NCBI GenBank assembly: GCA_030264375.1
Contig: JASCQW010000148.1
Span: 21,471,262-21,535,261, forward strand
Direction: 5' to 3'
DNA length: 64,000 bases
From: Carcharhinus longimanus
Taxonomy: Eukaryota
The notes beneath the pieces were generated by a model. That model was not told where the DNA came from and did no database searches. It saw nothing but the letters and a program-made list of their open reading frames with translations. Position 1 is the first letter of the stretch; the number at the start of each line of letters is the position of its first letter. A program made the translations under genes and the position numbers. Shown here piece by piece: positions 43,613 to 56,865 of this stretch.

Positions 43613-46600
43613 TGCTCATTTTCGTATGAGCTCTCACCAGCATCCTGGTTGGCTGCTAACACAAGCACAGTCATGCCATTCTTAGCAGCAGTCTCAGAGT
43701 CTCATTCAGTTTCTCTGTATCCAGAATGAAAACATATCACTTGATTTTTAATAGGTTTTGGTTTTTCCTATCGCAATCAAATCAGATGGGCATGTTCTCA
43801 GACAGAGGTTTAATATAGCTACCATCTCCCCAATCAGGGGAAATTGTTTCACCTCAAATTAAAGGAGACATTTTAAAACCTAATCATCTTGTAAAGTCTT
43901 GCATGCACATAAATAGGCCTGAAACACAGAATGTTCTGCGTATGCCACAAAAAGGCAAGCATAGATAAGACCCATGTGGGTTCCCATTGTAACATTCCTT
44001 ATTTGGAGAAAGTGAATAGAAATGGGGCATTTTCTGAACTGCCTTGCATTATGACAATTATTGATTCCCCCATTTGCTATCCTTGGTGGTGATGTGCCGT
44101 TGAAAATTTTGGGATTTGAACGATCAGATCTTAGCTTTGCAGATATGCATGTTGGATTTCCAGATTTTCAATATAAATATGTGAATTTCTGACAGAATGA
44201 CCATTACAGTTTTAAAATTAGTGATCTTCACAGGTCAGAGACAAGGTGGTGAAGATGATTCCACTAGGGTGCTGGACTGAGGGCTGTGTTTTTCAAATTT
44301 ATGATCCTCTGATGGCACTTATCACACTTGGATTCTCATTACAAAGGTAAAATAACACGGTGTACAGCCTCCTATTTACTCTGGCAACATCAAAAAGTCA
44401 TTAAACCAGTTGCCAGCAGGGATAACTAGAGTTTAAACTGAAGTGATAGGGGCTTGAAACATTTAAATGGAAGGAGACTGTTCCCTGTGGATGATTTAAA
44501 TGTTAAATACACAGCCGTCTCAGGATTACATGGAATGTAATCTGAAAATTATTATCTCCTGTTGAAATGAACCTTCAATTTACTCATTGCACAGGAAGGG
44601 CAGGTTCTATTCATTTGCACTGCCAGCAGGTGCCCTTTCTTTGCATAATAAGCTTCATATGTGTAATTAACACATAAGGGTTGTGGCTGCCAGTTTTCTT
44701 TCAGGTGCATGCTGGTAGGAGTTCCAGGGACACTGGTACAAGCCACAAGAGCATTTGCTTTGGAGCCATAGCTTATATGCATTCAGAGACTTTTTGATGA
44801 AGGAATTCTAAGGGGTAAAACATTAAACCCTGCTGCTAAGAGCACAAGTCTGGATGGACAAAACAAAACTATTGATTCTTCCCTCAAAACTAAATTCATT
44901 TGATAGAATGGATTGAAGTGATTTTTTTTAAAGAAAATATACCAAATAAATTACTTGTCAATGTCCTTTTGAGTAACTGGCCATATGACTAGTAATTTTT
45001 AAGAATACACTTATTCCAGATTAATAAACACTGACTGATTTATTCAGTTTGACATGACCCCGTTTAGAATTTATAAGGCACAGACTATGTTTGTCTGAAT
45101 AAATTAATTTAGCTGAAATTTTATCACCTATGTAGTTTCTAAAAATAAACCACAGCTGCTTTGCTGTTTTTACATAAACAAAATTCTGCATTTTTGCACT
45201 TTTATAAACTAACAGAGCAGATTTTACCCCTAAGCCCAATGCCCTGCTACTGTTTTTAATTAGATTTATTTAATAAGGTAATCTGTTCAAATGTGAATTT
45301 ATATTTTTACCACCCACTAGCATGTAGACTGAGAGCAAAAAATGTGACCTTTAAAGAACTGACTTTCAAAAACATCCCAGGGAAGCCTCCCTTTGTACAA
45401 GTGTGGCTTTAATTAACATTCAATTGCAACAAATTCTTGTGCAAAGAATGAAACATGCTCATTTAAATTAAGGAAAATTTTATATGCTTGATATCTGATC
45501 AATCACAATTATAATCTGGTTATAAATGGTTATCTGAACAGAATTTGGGCTAATTGTTAACTGGGTAGGACTAGATGGATTTTTATCACTCTGGAACTTG
45601 AGTAGTTGCCAGCTAATAGCAAAGCTTTGACCTGCATGAATATTTAATGCATGAGAAAGGTACTAAATTGTTTTGATGTCACTTGTCATTCTAGTTTAGA
45701 TTTGCAGTGTCCAAGCCATATTCAGAATGATCTGAGTGTAATTTGGTCATGCAAGAAAGTATTCTGACCCCACTTAAAGGGGAGATGTGATGGGTCATTC
45801 CTATACTGTTACAAATGATACCTCTTCCCTGGAGCTGTACTTTATTTTCAGACTCTTCTGGTTGACTGGAGTGGGGTGATGGTCAGTTGTTTTGTGTGGG
45901 ACTCCTACTAATGCATTACTTTGAAGCTTTGCGCCATTTCATAAACCATAGTGTGCGCTACGGTCCACTGTAGCCATTCCTGATGCAATTTGAATAGAAC
46001 TTGATGCCACTGAAGTGAATGTCTCCAGGTTGCTTCTAACCAGCAGGTAACATGATATGGCTAAGGAACATGTGAGTGGCTTCATGTTTTTTATTCAGTA
46101 ATTATGGATAAATTCAAATAAGTTCAGACAGCTTTTAGCAATTGTAGTCCCATGGGTGCTACAGTCATCTGGGAGCAATTTCTGAGTATGATGTATAGGG
46201 GAGCATCATAATGTGGCAACTGGCCCATATCTACCAACATCCTCATCCTACTTTACTCTGGACGGATTGTGAGGATGGAACTTAATCTCTACAAACTCAT
46301 CGTGCCGATGTTATGTTCATGAGCAAATTTCATCCCTTTTTGTTTTGCTATCGTGGGGTAAATTCCAAATAAAAGTCAAGTAGATTAATTGGATAATGAG
46401 GTGGAAATATACTGTGCTTAATGTTTATGTTGTAATTAAATGTGATTAGTTTCTTCTGGGTGTTACACAGAAAGTGAGGAATCTGACCTGGGGCTTATTG
46501 AATTGCACATATTTTGCAGAGCCAGGAAGGAATATACCAAAAACGTTCGATTTTTTTCTGTTTGAATTTCTGTACTTTTATCTTTGTGTAATGTTTTAGT

Positions 46601-46734
46601 GAGCATGGTTATTGCTAAGTCACAAAGGACATGAAAGCTCCAAGATAAACACGAATTCCTTTCATCCCATGTACACAGCACCCACTGGATGGCTGTATTT
46701 TTGCAGCTGATTATATTTTGCAAGGTCAAGAAAT

Positions 46735-47100
46735 AATTACAGATAAAGATAACAGTTTGGCCAGGTTTATTTCACCCATCCAGAGAGATCTTAATGTCTC
46801 CACATTGTGTCACGCAAGTCAAATTTTGCCTTCACTGTTCTAACCAGTTGTGTATTCCATATGTCATTCACTCTGTGTGTGAAGAATTTCCATATCTCCT
46901 ATGATTACCTTTTCTTCATCAGAACCTGTATTCCTAGTTCTACTCCCACTAATTTATAGCAGTATGTAGGATTAATTTTTCCTATTTTTTAACGACCTTG
47001 TATATCTTTAAGATTACCTCAAATACCTGTATTCTACAGTGGAAAAAATTGTTAGTCCAGTTTTAATTGTAACCGTGGCTCTTTTCTGCAATGCCTTTAG
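46735..47100 (-). mobile_element. old CR1 3' remnant
   Basis: ttccatatgtcattcactctgtgtgtgaagaa is the reverse complement of the FF..RV...WN region. Confidence 0.4.
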
Positions 47101-47189
47101 AACTAAAATGACTCTAGATTCTTAGACACAAAAGCCTTTGACCCATGTCAGTCATAGAGACTTGTGAAGTAGCGGCTTCAAATTTAGTT

Positions 47190-47372
47190 GCCGTCAGAAA
47201 TTTGTCGCCATCCTCCGCTTCCATGATGCCATGCAAGCTGTGATCCTCATCAATGGAACCATGGCAAAGTCTTTCACAATGAAATTTGGGGTCAAACAAG
47301 GCTGTGTCATTGCATCGCACCAATCCTCTTCTGCACTCCTTTTTGCAGTACTGCACCTCATCTTTAGCAATT
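47190..47372 (+). mobile_element. RTE-clade LINE fragment (RT core)
   Basis: KFVAILR, HDAMQAVILING, FGVKQGCVIA. Confidence 0.75.
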
Positions 47373-47404
47373 ATCCGTAAGCATGGAGATAATCGAGAGA
47401 GCAG

Positions 47405-47482
47405 ATTTTTTTTTGTACTTTGTGGGACATGGGTACCACTGGCTGGCCAGCATTTATTACCCATCCCTAGTTGCCCAAGAGC
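47405..47482 (-). mobile_element. 3' tail of the second LINE family or its SINE
   Basis: tgggacatgggtaccactggctggccagcatttattacccatccctagttgccc. Confidence 0.7.
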
Positions 47483-47489
47483 ATTTCAT

Positions 47490-48340
47490 GTGCATATCTA
47501 AATACTTTTTAAATGTGGTGACAATTTCTGCCTCCATTGTACTTTCAAAAGTTCCAGACCCCCCCACTACTCTCAGTGAAAAAAATTCTCCTCAGCTCTC
47601 TTTTAATCCATTAATCAATTTGTTTAAATCTATAGCCTGGTTAATGAACTCTGCTAAGGAAAATAATCATTCCTATTCACTCTATCTAAGTCCCTCTTAA
47701 TTTTATGCACCTTAAATAAATATTCCACTCAGCCTTTCCAGTTTCAAAGAAAATAGCTCTACCTGTCCAATCTTTACTCATAGCTAAAAGACTCCAGCCC
47801 TGGCAAAATACTTGGAAATATCCTCTGTATCCTTTACAGTACAATCACATTCTTCCTGTAGTGCAGTGATCGGAAGTGTACCCAATACTGTAGCAGTAGC
47901 CTAAGTAGTGCTGTTAAGTCTCTTCTAATGATGCCTCGGCTAATAAAGAAAAGCATCTTGTATGCCTTCTTAATCATTTTGTTTATCTGCCTTAGTACCT
48001 TCAGCGATATGTGGCCCCACACTCCAAGGTCCTTCTTTTCCTGTGCTCTTCTCAGTATCCTCTCGTGTATTCCCTTGTCTTGCTTGCCCTCTCCAAATGC
48101 TTTGAGTTTGTATTCCATATGCCATTTTTCTGCTTACAGAACCAGTCCATTAATATCTTCCTGCAGCTAATAGCTTTCTTCTTCGCTGTCAACCATATAG
48201 CAAATGTTTGTGTCGTTTATAAATTTTCTAATTGTGCTCCCTACATTTGAGTCTTAAGTCATTAATATATGCCACAAAAAGCAAAAGACCAAAATGAACC
48301 TTGCAGAATCCTGTCTAAAGCAATCTTTCAGTCACAAAAA
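47490..48340 (-). mobile_element. CR1 LINE 3' portion, degraded
   Basis: Minus strand KKDLGVWGHISLKV..Q.NKMIKKAYKML.FISRGI...LLQYWVHFRS.HYRK. Confidence 0.85.
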
Positions 48341-51300
48341 CTTGGAAAACTGGAACTCGGGCACATCCAGCTCTCAACGCTGCCTGTGCACATGTTTGTC
48401 CAAGGCATGAGAAGCATCTTGGTGTTCCCACATGGCAAAGGATGTGCATTCAATGGGAGTGATGTGCCCTGCCATGCCACCATTCATTAGACAATTTTCT
48501 AAACTTAAGAGAAATAAATTTAAGACATGATTACTTAATTCAGTTTATTTCTAGGCAGAGTTAAATTACCTGTAACTTACTCCGGCGCATCTTGTGATGT
48601 CACACGCTGTGGATTTTATGTACTCTATTGACGTGCTGTTGCTATTCTGTTAAAATTTCCGACCATTCCTCTGGTACCCCACACTCTGCTCATTGTGCTT
48701 CCATCATTTCATGTAAATCTCTGGACCCTCTGGTTGTGCCTGCCCAGTGTTTAATAGCTGAAAGTTTGTGAGATATTATCTGCTGCTACTGAATGCAACA
48801 TACCCTTTAGTGTAACTATCAAAAACTGTTTTTAGTACTGTTCAACAGTTCCAAATGGTTTTAATTGATGAAAATACTTATCTGTGCACTTCTCTTTGAT
48901 GCTTCATACCTGTTGTGCTGATCCATATGAATAATTCTATTACCAATCATAATCAATTCATTTTGTACTTCTACTCACATTTGGCTGCTCTTTACAATTC
49001 TCCTGTGCATATGGAACATTCATTTAATTTTCTCAGTTGCCTGCTAGTTTGTTCATCATGTTTAAAGTGAGTTTATCTGACATCTTAACTGGAAGTTTCA
49101 TTATTATGTCTGAGTTACCAGAGTAATTTTGAAGATTGAAAGCAAGATGTGATCCTGTTAATTAAGCTTTGCAGCTACACATTTGCAATATAAGCTGTGT
49201 GACAGTTTTTGTTCCTATCTGGCTTCTGAACATATTAAAAATTACCAGTTTTCTTGGATGGAGTGACCTTCCTGTTTCTGTACAGTTCAGTGACAAGGGT
49301 TCCAGTAGACAAGACGTTTGCAGTCTCAAGACTTCCTGCCGTGGTCAAGGCCTTGCTCTTCTGACATCGAGCTGTCATTTTCCTGAATATGCTTAATTAA
49401 AAACATGTTCGCTGTATGTCATCTGGAAAGGGTTTAGGCTGTAAGACCTTTCTCTCAGTGATGTGTGAACATTCCTGTGGATAGCAGCTAAAACACATAC
49501 ATGAAATCTTATTTATGCACCAAAGTAAACTGCTTGATGTCAAGAAACCATAATGTGACACTTCTAAGCACTTTGGTAGCGTTCTCGACCAACCAGATCT
49601 GTTGCCACTTATTATTTTACATGGCAAATGTGAAATTGTATATTGCCATAAATGAAGTGAAGGTTTATAATCTTTGGGGTTCTGTTGGGAACATGTGAAT
49701 TTTATCTCTGGTTTTGTCTTCCAAAATCAATTAAACCAGTAAACTGGACAGAAAGAGTGTAGCCTACTTTTAACCCAAAACCCCTTATTTCAAATTATTT
49801 AAAAATCATGTATTTTAAGCACTAAATTCCACTTTGTGGCATTACTTAATTTAACTGTTTAGTGCAGATTAATGGATAATTAAATTTTTTTCTAACAAAG
49901 GTAAAGAACAATCTATTTTTGGAATAAACTGCCTGTATTAAAAATGTTCCATTATTCTAGCTCCTCTGAAAATAGCTTGATGTGTTTTTAACACAAAATC
50001 TAAGTGTGGAGCATTTTTACAATCTTAATTTAAAATAGCGCAGAATTGTGAGGATACTACACTTTTCTGTAAGTTTGTTCAGTTTTCTATTTTATTTACC
50101 TTCAGTGGCATCCACACTTTCACAGCAATAACTCCAAAGAAAGAAACTGGAGTGCCTTTGTTTTTGCTTCCACTTGAAGAAATTGTCTTTTTACTTGGAA
50201 GGAATCCCAGGTATAGTCCATGCAGCACTCATCTTTTATAAAAGTCAGTCATGAACCAGTCAGAGGATATTTTCATCATCACTAATAGAAATCATCCAAG
50301 TCACTCCAGTCGGGATTATTTTATTTTTGTGTTGATTCTGTGGTATAGATGCAAAATTGCATGTGGATCTTGAAATTGTTGGCAGCAGCCGTCAGATATA
50401 ACTTGAAATGCTTGGAAATCTTTGCAGATTAATCTAATACTATAGTTACTCCACAGTTTTTATTATCCCAAACGATAAGCCATCAGTGAGGATGTTTGTA
50501 ATGACCCAAATCAGGAGACAAACATTCTTATTGGGAATAACAAATACATTTTGTGTCTCTTTCCTTCAAATGGTCACCTCCCTCACAGGATAGTGTCTGA
50601 ACTTGAAGATTATGGCGCCAACTATGCAAGTCCTTGTAGATAAACAAATGTGAACTTTGGGTAGCCTAGTTATCTTTTCAACATTTTCTTTCTTTGTAAT
50701 TAGTAGTAATGTAGTAGTCAGGTATATAAACAAACAGTAGGCAAGCTGCAAATTCAGTCTTCTCTTGGCACCATGTGAACCAGTTGCTGATTTAACAAAA
50801 CACTCAGATATTTTCATTCACCACTTTGTGGGGGTTCCTTGACAAGGGCATGTTCAAAACTCATTACTGGACTCTGCGCGCAGAAGTGTAATGATGTGAT
50901 TCTTAAATATCAGAGTGTTGTTCTTATGGGATGCTTTTCCTTGATTTTTTGTTTCTGTTTAGAGCCCAGTTCTGTCACAAAACACAGCAGCAAAGTTAAG
51001 TCTTTCTCATAATCTTTTATTGGTTAGAGAAGATTTGGTTCATTCACTTCCTGGCACACAGCGTGACTGATTCTTCTGAATTTTATTATGGGTCTGTTTT
51101 TGTCAAGCACAACCGGGAACTCGACAACTCTCAGATCTTCTAGCTGACAAGATGGTTGCTGAGAGAGCTAGCCTAGAGAGGTGCAGATCAAGTGAATAAA
51201 AATTAGATATTCTTTTATACCTCCAATACTAATGAAGTGCCTTGCTTGGTTAATTACATCAAGTAGCAGCCCAGCTGGAAACTAACAAATCTCAATTCAG

Positions 51301-51514
51301 TTGAGGCAATGGAGATCAGGTAACCAGTAGCCCTGAGACACAACTCACGCCTTGCTTATGATTCTAGTTCTTACACTTGAGAACTTCAGTTCAAAAAGGT
51401 ATATACTTTCCAGGCAAAATCCCTTCTTATACAAAAACTAAATGCTGTGGATAGTGGAAATCTGAAATGAAAACAGAAAATGCTGAAAATATTTAACTGT
51501 TCAGGCAGCATTAG

Positions 51515-52195
51515 TGAAGAGATACGGAGTTCACTGGAGTTTAGATGAGTAAGAGGTGACTTGATTGAAACCTTTAAGATTCTGAGGGGTCTTGACACGG
51601 TAGATATGGAGAGGATGTTTCATCCTGTAAGAGAATCTAGAGCTAGAGGGTCATTATGTTTAAAGTTTATTTACTTGTGTCACAAGTAGGCTTACATTTA
51701 CACTGCAGTGAAGCTACTGTGAAAATCCCCTAGTCACCACATTCCGGGTACACTGAGGGAGTACTTAGCATGGCCAATGCACCTAACCAGCACGTCTTTT
51801 AGACTGTGGGAGGAAACCAGAGCACTGGAGGAAATCCACACGGACATGTGATAGTGACCCAAGCTGGGAATTGAACCCGGGTCCCTGGCACTGTTAACCA
51901 CTGTGCTGCCATGCCACCCAATCTCAAAGTAAGAGGCTACTCATTTAAGACACAGATGAGATGAAATGTTTTTTAGGAAGGATGTTTGGAAGTAAGTGTT
52001 TGGAATTCTCGTCCTCAAAATACAGTGAAAGCAGAGTCTTTGAATATCTTAAGGCATAAGTACATGGATTCTTGATTAACAAGGGGGTGAAAGGTTATCG
52101 GGGNNNNNNNNNNNNNNNNNNNNNNNNNNNNNNGATCTTATTGAATGCTGGAGCAGATTTGAGTGGCCTAATTCTGCTCCTATTTCGTAGGTTCA
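51515..52195 (+). mobile_element. CR1 LINE 3' end interrupted by a SINE
   Basis: SLEFR*VRGDLIETFKILRGLD.VDMERMF, continuing after 51920 to the 3'UTR. Confidence 0.85.
51659..51919 (-). mobile_element. V-SINE with Rex1-like tail, nested in CR1
   Basis: aaagtttatttacttgtgtcacaagtaggcttaca...gggaattgaacccgggtccctggc...accactgtgc. Confidence 0.9.
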
Positions 52196-52382
52196 TCTGT
52201 ATGCAAGTACCACAGACCTGAAGCATTATTTCTGTTCCTCTTGCCATAGATGCTGCCTGGTCTGATGAATATTCCCAACATTTGCTTTTTTTAAAATTTT
52301 TTTTATTCAGTTCTGCAAAAGCAGCTTCTCAGACATGCACAATAAAAGGGAAGTTTGCTGTTCATGCATGGAAGGTGTTTTT

Positions 52383-52522
52383 GTTCTGGAGAATTTCCTA
52401 AGAAGTGACTCAAAACGTTAACTCGGTTTCTCTCTCCACAGATGCTGCCAGACCTGCTGAGTTTTCCAGCATTTATTATTTTTATTTCAGATTTCCAGCA
52501 TCTGTGATACTTTTGCTTTTGC
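52383..52522 (+). mobile_element. Penelope-derived short element, one arm
   Basis: gactcaaaacgttaactcggtttctctctccacagatgctgccagacctgctgagttttccagcatt...tcagatttccagcatctgtgatacttttgctttt. Confidence 0.8.
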
Positions 52523-54544
52523 TTTTGGACATGTTTTGTAACAGGTTAATTATAATATTGCACAAGAAAACTTGAGTGAACCCCAGAAATTTCAACAAGC
52601 GTTAGAATAGACAGTGGAACTCTGCTTAAATATTTGCATGAACAATCCACATCCTAATTATACTTTGTGCATGCACACATGCACACATCCATGCACGCGT
52701 GCACTCACGCACTTATCTGACCCATTAGGAGATGTACCTAATCTTACATGAGATATAAAAATGAGCTGCATCTGAAGTTTGACATAAGCCAGATGTTATG
52801 TTTATAAGAGTACAGCCAGGACTTTTAAGTGCTTCACTATTTGAGAAATCTTTAATGCTGCTAAGGGTAAGATTAGTCGCTATCAGCTAACTGTCATTCA
52901 CTGCTGAGAATCACTTGCACATCTTGCTTCTGATTTTGTCATTTGTGACTAAAAAAAACCACACTCACCAGTATGATATATGGATGACAATAGCAAAATT
53001 GTGGTGAGTGACAAGACTTTAATTCAGTTGAACAATTGCAATCATATCAAACTAAGAGGATTAATTTTGAATGGAACGTAATTGCTAGCAGGTTCAAGCG
53101 ATGACTCAAGTCATAACCTTCTATTCAAGGGCGAATGTGTATTCAGACTGTGGCATTCCCTATAATTTTGTTTGGTTACCTTGGCAGATCAAGGAGAAAA
53201 TCTGGAGTTTAAACCTTTTCATTTCCTTCAAGATATCACAAGTTAGTTTGATCTTTCATAAGAAGACAGCACTTATTTGTGGAAGCTACTGGCACAGAAG
53301 ACCAAGCAACTTTATCTCATTACGTGTTATTCTATGCTTCTAATCCCCATTAGTTAAACATTAACAAATAAAAGGCAGTGCATAATACATTAAACATCTT
53401 GCAACTAGTGTGTGCTTCCTGTTATTGTGCATTTTCTGTGTCAAGTTTGTCACAGCTTTCTTCTCATATTTCATCATCGTTTGTACTTTTCAGTTCCTCC
53501 AAAAATATCACTTTTTTAAGATGGTACTTTAGAGATCAGTTTTTCTAGCTAAGTTTACAATATTCCTTGCAAGAAAATTTATTTTGATTTAAAATGTCTT
53601 GATTAACTTTAATTTAATTTAACAGTTATTTAAATTTAATCTCTATTGCCATCACAAGCCTCAGTTGCACCCGTTACTGGCATAGTTTTGGCCACCTCGC
53701 TTACATGCTTTTGTTCCTTCCACCCTCTCTCCTGCCATCCTGCCAGATCTTCCCAGCCCAGCTGCACAGATCCCCAAAGTGGCCTTCCCACCCTCTCTCC
53801 ATCAGAATTTTCCATACCCAAAAATCGATGAACTTCTCCTTTTTCTGCCAAAGCCCTCTTCCTGACCTTAAATAGAAAACAATTTTCAATGTATGTTGAG
53901 TTGGATATTTCCCAAATAGTTTGCCATGACTTTTGCCTGTTCTATTAAAAGTGCAAATGTTTACACTTTACAGGCTCATTTATCTTTAACTCCTAACTAC
54001 CTTGCAACACTTTAAGAACCTTCTTGCCCCTGAATTATATTGCACATCTACCTATCTAAAACTGAGACCATTTTCCCACCATTGTGCAGTTTTCTAGCTT
54101 TTAAGGAGCTATTAACAAGTTAAGCAACATATGTTAATAATCAAATAAATGCATTGTTGAATTTAATTGTCAAAACACTTGTTTTCTCCTATTATGTAGC
54201 ACTCACTCGCAGTAGGATAGCTCACAATGTAAGCAGCTCAATTAGAGCAGTTTTCTGTTAATCTGGGATTGGAAAATGAGACAAGGATCTGCAGTACTCC
54301 TGGTACCTGGTGATTATTTGCCAACCTTGCCATACTCCCATAGGTTGGGATGTTTGCTAGTTGGATAAGTAGCCGGAAACCTCCAATTGCTATATGAGAG
54401 TAAGATGTGCAGTTTTTGTTAGCAAAACTCAGCTGAAATGGATTCAGTTGAGAGTAAGATTAATTCCAGTTATGCAAATTTAAAAGATGCTATATTTGGA
54501 GTTGTTGGTTCTGCAAAATTGCTCTAAGTAGTGAACAGCAGAAT

Positions 54545-54933
54545 TTTTTAAAGCTTTATTCGTGGAATGAGGGTGTCGCCGATGAGACCAGCATTTGTTG
54601 CCCATCCCCAATTGCACTTGAATTGAATGGCTGTAAGGCAATTTTAGAGGACAGTTGTGTGTACCATATCGCTATGTATCTTGGTCAGATTGGGTAAAGT
54701 TGGCAGGTTTCCTTTCCTGAATATCATTAGTGAATTAGATTGGTTTTTACAACAATCAGTAATAATTTCCTTGGTCATGATTTATAGCTTTCTATTCCAA
54801 ATTTTATTAATTCAATTTAAATTCCACCGGCTGCTGTTGTGGGATTTGCATCTACGTTCCCAGAATATTAGCCTCTGGATTACCTGGCCTCTGGATTATT
54901 TGTCCATTACATTACCACCACACCTCTATCTCC
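54545..54933 (-). mobile_element. tRNA-derived SINE (same family as 5951-6320)
   Basis: Reverse complement of the shared tail (ccagcatttgttgcccatccccaattgc) and of the body (ggcaggtttcctttcctga...gattggtttttacaacaatc). Confidence 0.75.
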
Positions 54934-55864
54934 TCCATCATAGCAAACCCGTGATTCCAGGATCTGTATTGAACTCTGATTTTTTACAACCTAAATACAT
55001 CTATCTGTATCTTGTGAAACTTTATGATGTCAAAAAATTATGTATATTTCTAAATGTGCAATCAAAAATCATATATTCAAATGTAAAGGAAGGCAAAACT
55101 CGGGCTAAAATAGGCTGGGCAGTTGGTTCTGGAAATTCTTCAACAAGCCCGCTTTATGTTGCAATGCCAAATGGAAGATCTCATTCCACTTTTGACTAAA
55201 TAGTGGAAGCATCATAAAGAAGAAAAAAAAACGCGTACTACTTTTCCAGCCGTAACTTGGATGCGTCATATCCTAGCATTTTGAAATGCCAGTTTCTTTA
55301 CAGGAAAAACTCTGGCTGATCTTTTAACTTTCAAAGACAAGTTTCATGAATGTTTTATGAACAAAGCTTCAGAATGTTTTCATCTTTGACACATGCTGTA
55401 TTGGGGATTAAGAATAAGATGTTAAAATAGAAGGATAAGATTGAAGATACACTTTCAATCGAGGCCCAGCATGAATTCTGTAATACTATATATACGGAAG
55501 TAGGGTTTTGATATATTACTATTTTACTGTATGAAAATATTTATATAGTTGTGCTTTATTCTCTTGATGGCTTAACACATTCAACCTGTTGACTTGTGTG
55601 CGTTGTTCCCATTGTGAGTAGTCATGTTGCTTTCACTGAGTCTTGTGCTATTTTTTATATATATTCATTTCTAAACAGTTCTTTTGTAAATCTATCTGTG
55701 GAGCACTTTGAGGGGAAAAAATAAAGAATATAGCTTTTAAATGGCAAAGGTTTTCTTCAAGGTGGAAATGAAAACTGGATATGTGTACATTTTATTTCTG
55801 GAAGATTTTGTGATCGCTTGTGGAATTATTATACTTCAACAGTTTACTGGTTTTAACAGCAAAA

Positions 55865-56255
55865 CAGCACCATCCAGCACAAAGCAGCCTGCCTGATTGG
55901 CACTCCTTCTACCACCTATGCCTAGTAGCAGCAGTATGTACCATTTACAAGATGCACTGCAGCAACTTGTCAAGCCTCCTTTGACAACACGTTTCAATCC
56001 TTTACCACCTTGAAGGACCAGGGCAGCAGTTTCCCTCTAAGCTGCACTTCGAAATACATTGCCTTTCCTTCACTGTTGCTAGGTCAAAATCCGGGGACTC
56101 CCTTGCTAACAGCATTGTGGGTATATCCAAACCTCATGAACTGCAGTGGTTCAAGAAGGCAGCTTACCATCGCCTTCTCAAAAGCAATTACAAATGGGCA
56201 CAAAATGGTGGCCTAGCCAGCGATGTACGCATCCCATGAAAGAATTAATGAGAAA
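55865..56255 (+). mobile_element. CR1/L2-superfamily LINE (second family) 3' end
   Basis: IQHKAACLIGTP, AAVCTIYKMHCSN and tail gcaattacaaatgggcacaaaatggtggcctagccagcgatg. Confidence 0.85.
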
Positions 56256-56865
56256 AAGCACTGACTTCTGATGGATAAAACTGAATTAGCAGCAATTAGG
56301 CTGTATTGTGTTTTGAAATGTGTTGTAAATATGACATTTTATATTCTATGACATGGAAGAAAACATCAATCTGTATGGTAGCACAAAATGAGGAATAGCA
56401 AATCGACAGCTTCTATTACATACAGCCCAATTTTCATCTCCACTAACTTTAATGAAAATTTAAACAAAATTGGCAGCATATGCAATAGGCTGTTGAATTG
56501 ATATCCCCCATTTCTCACACCAGCGGAAGTCAAATTTCATCCCCAATAACTTCACCTATAATCTGTATGATGGGATACTTGTTGAGTGATTTGTGTACAT
56601 CATGATCTTATTCGAAGTGCCCAAGTACATGTTCTGACCAGAATAATTGTAGCTCTAAAAATCTGTACCTATTTTGAGAGAGAAGTTTTTGCTTCATAAA
56701 GCTACAGACAGCCTTCTAAATGGATCTAAAATTCACATTTAAAAATACTAATTTTTAAGATTACTGATCTAACTGAAATGGAACTAGATGATTTGTCAAT
56801 CAGTCTGTTTATGAACGCCATGGATAATCGCAATGATTAACTTGGGTTCTCTTTTCTGTTCTTAG

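Larger units (their letters stand above)
51428..52290. mobile_element. Penelope-derived palindromic element whose arms (51428-51512, 52205-52290) are separated by CR1 and SINE insertions
   Basis: Left aaatctgaaatgaaaacagaaaatgctg...caggcagcat, right gacctgaagcatta...agatgctgcctgg...attcccaacattt. Confidence 0.65.

Noticed and set aside
54657-55199. 180-aa ORF
   Set aside because: It overlaps an antisense SINE, has Leu/Ile-rich composition typical of AT-rich chance ORFs and has no recognisable domain.
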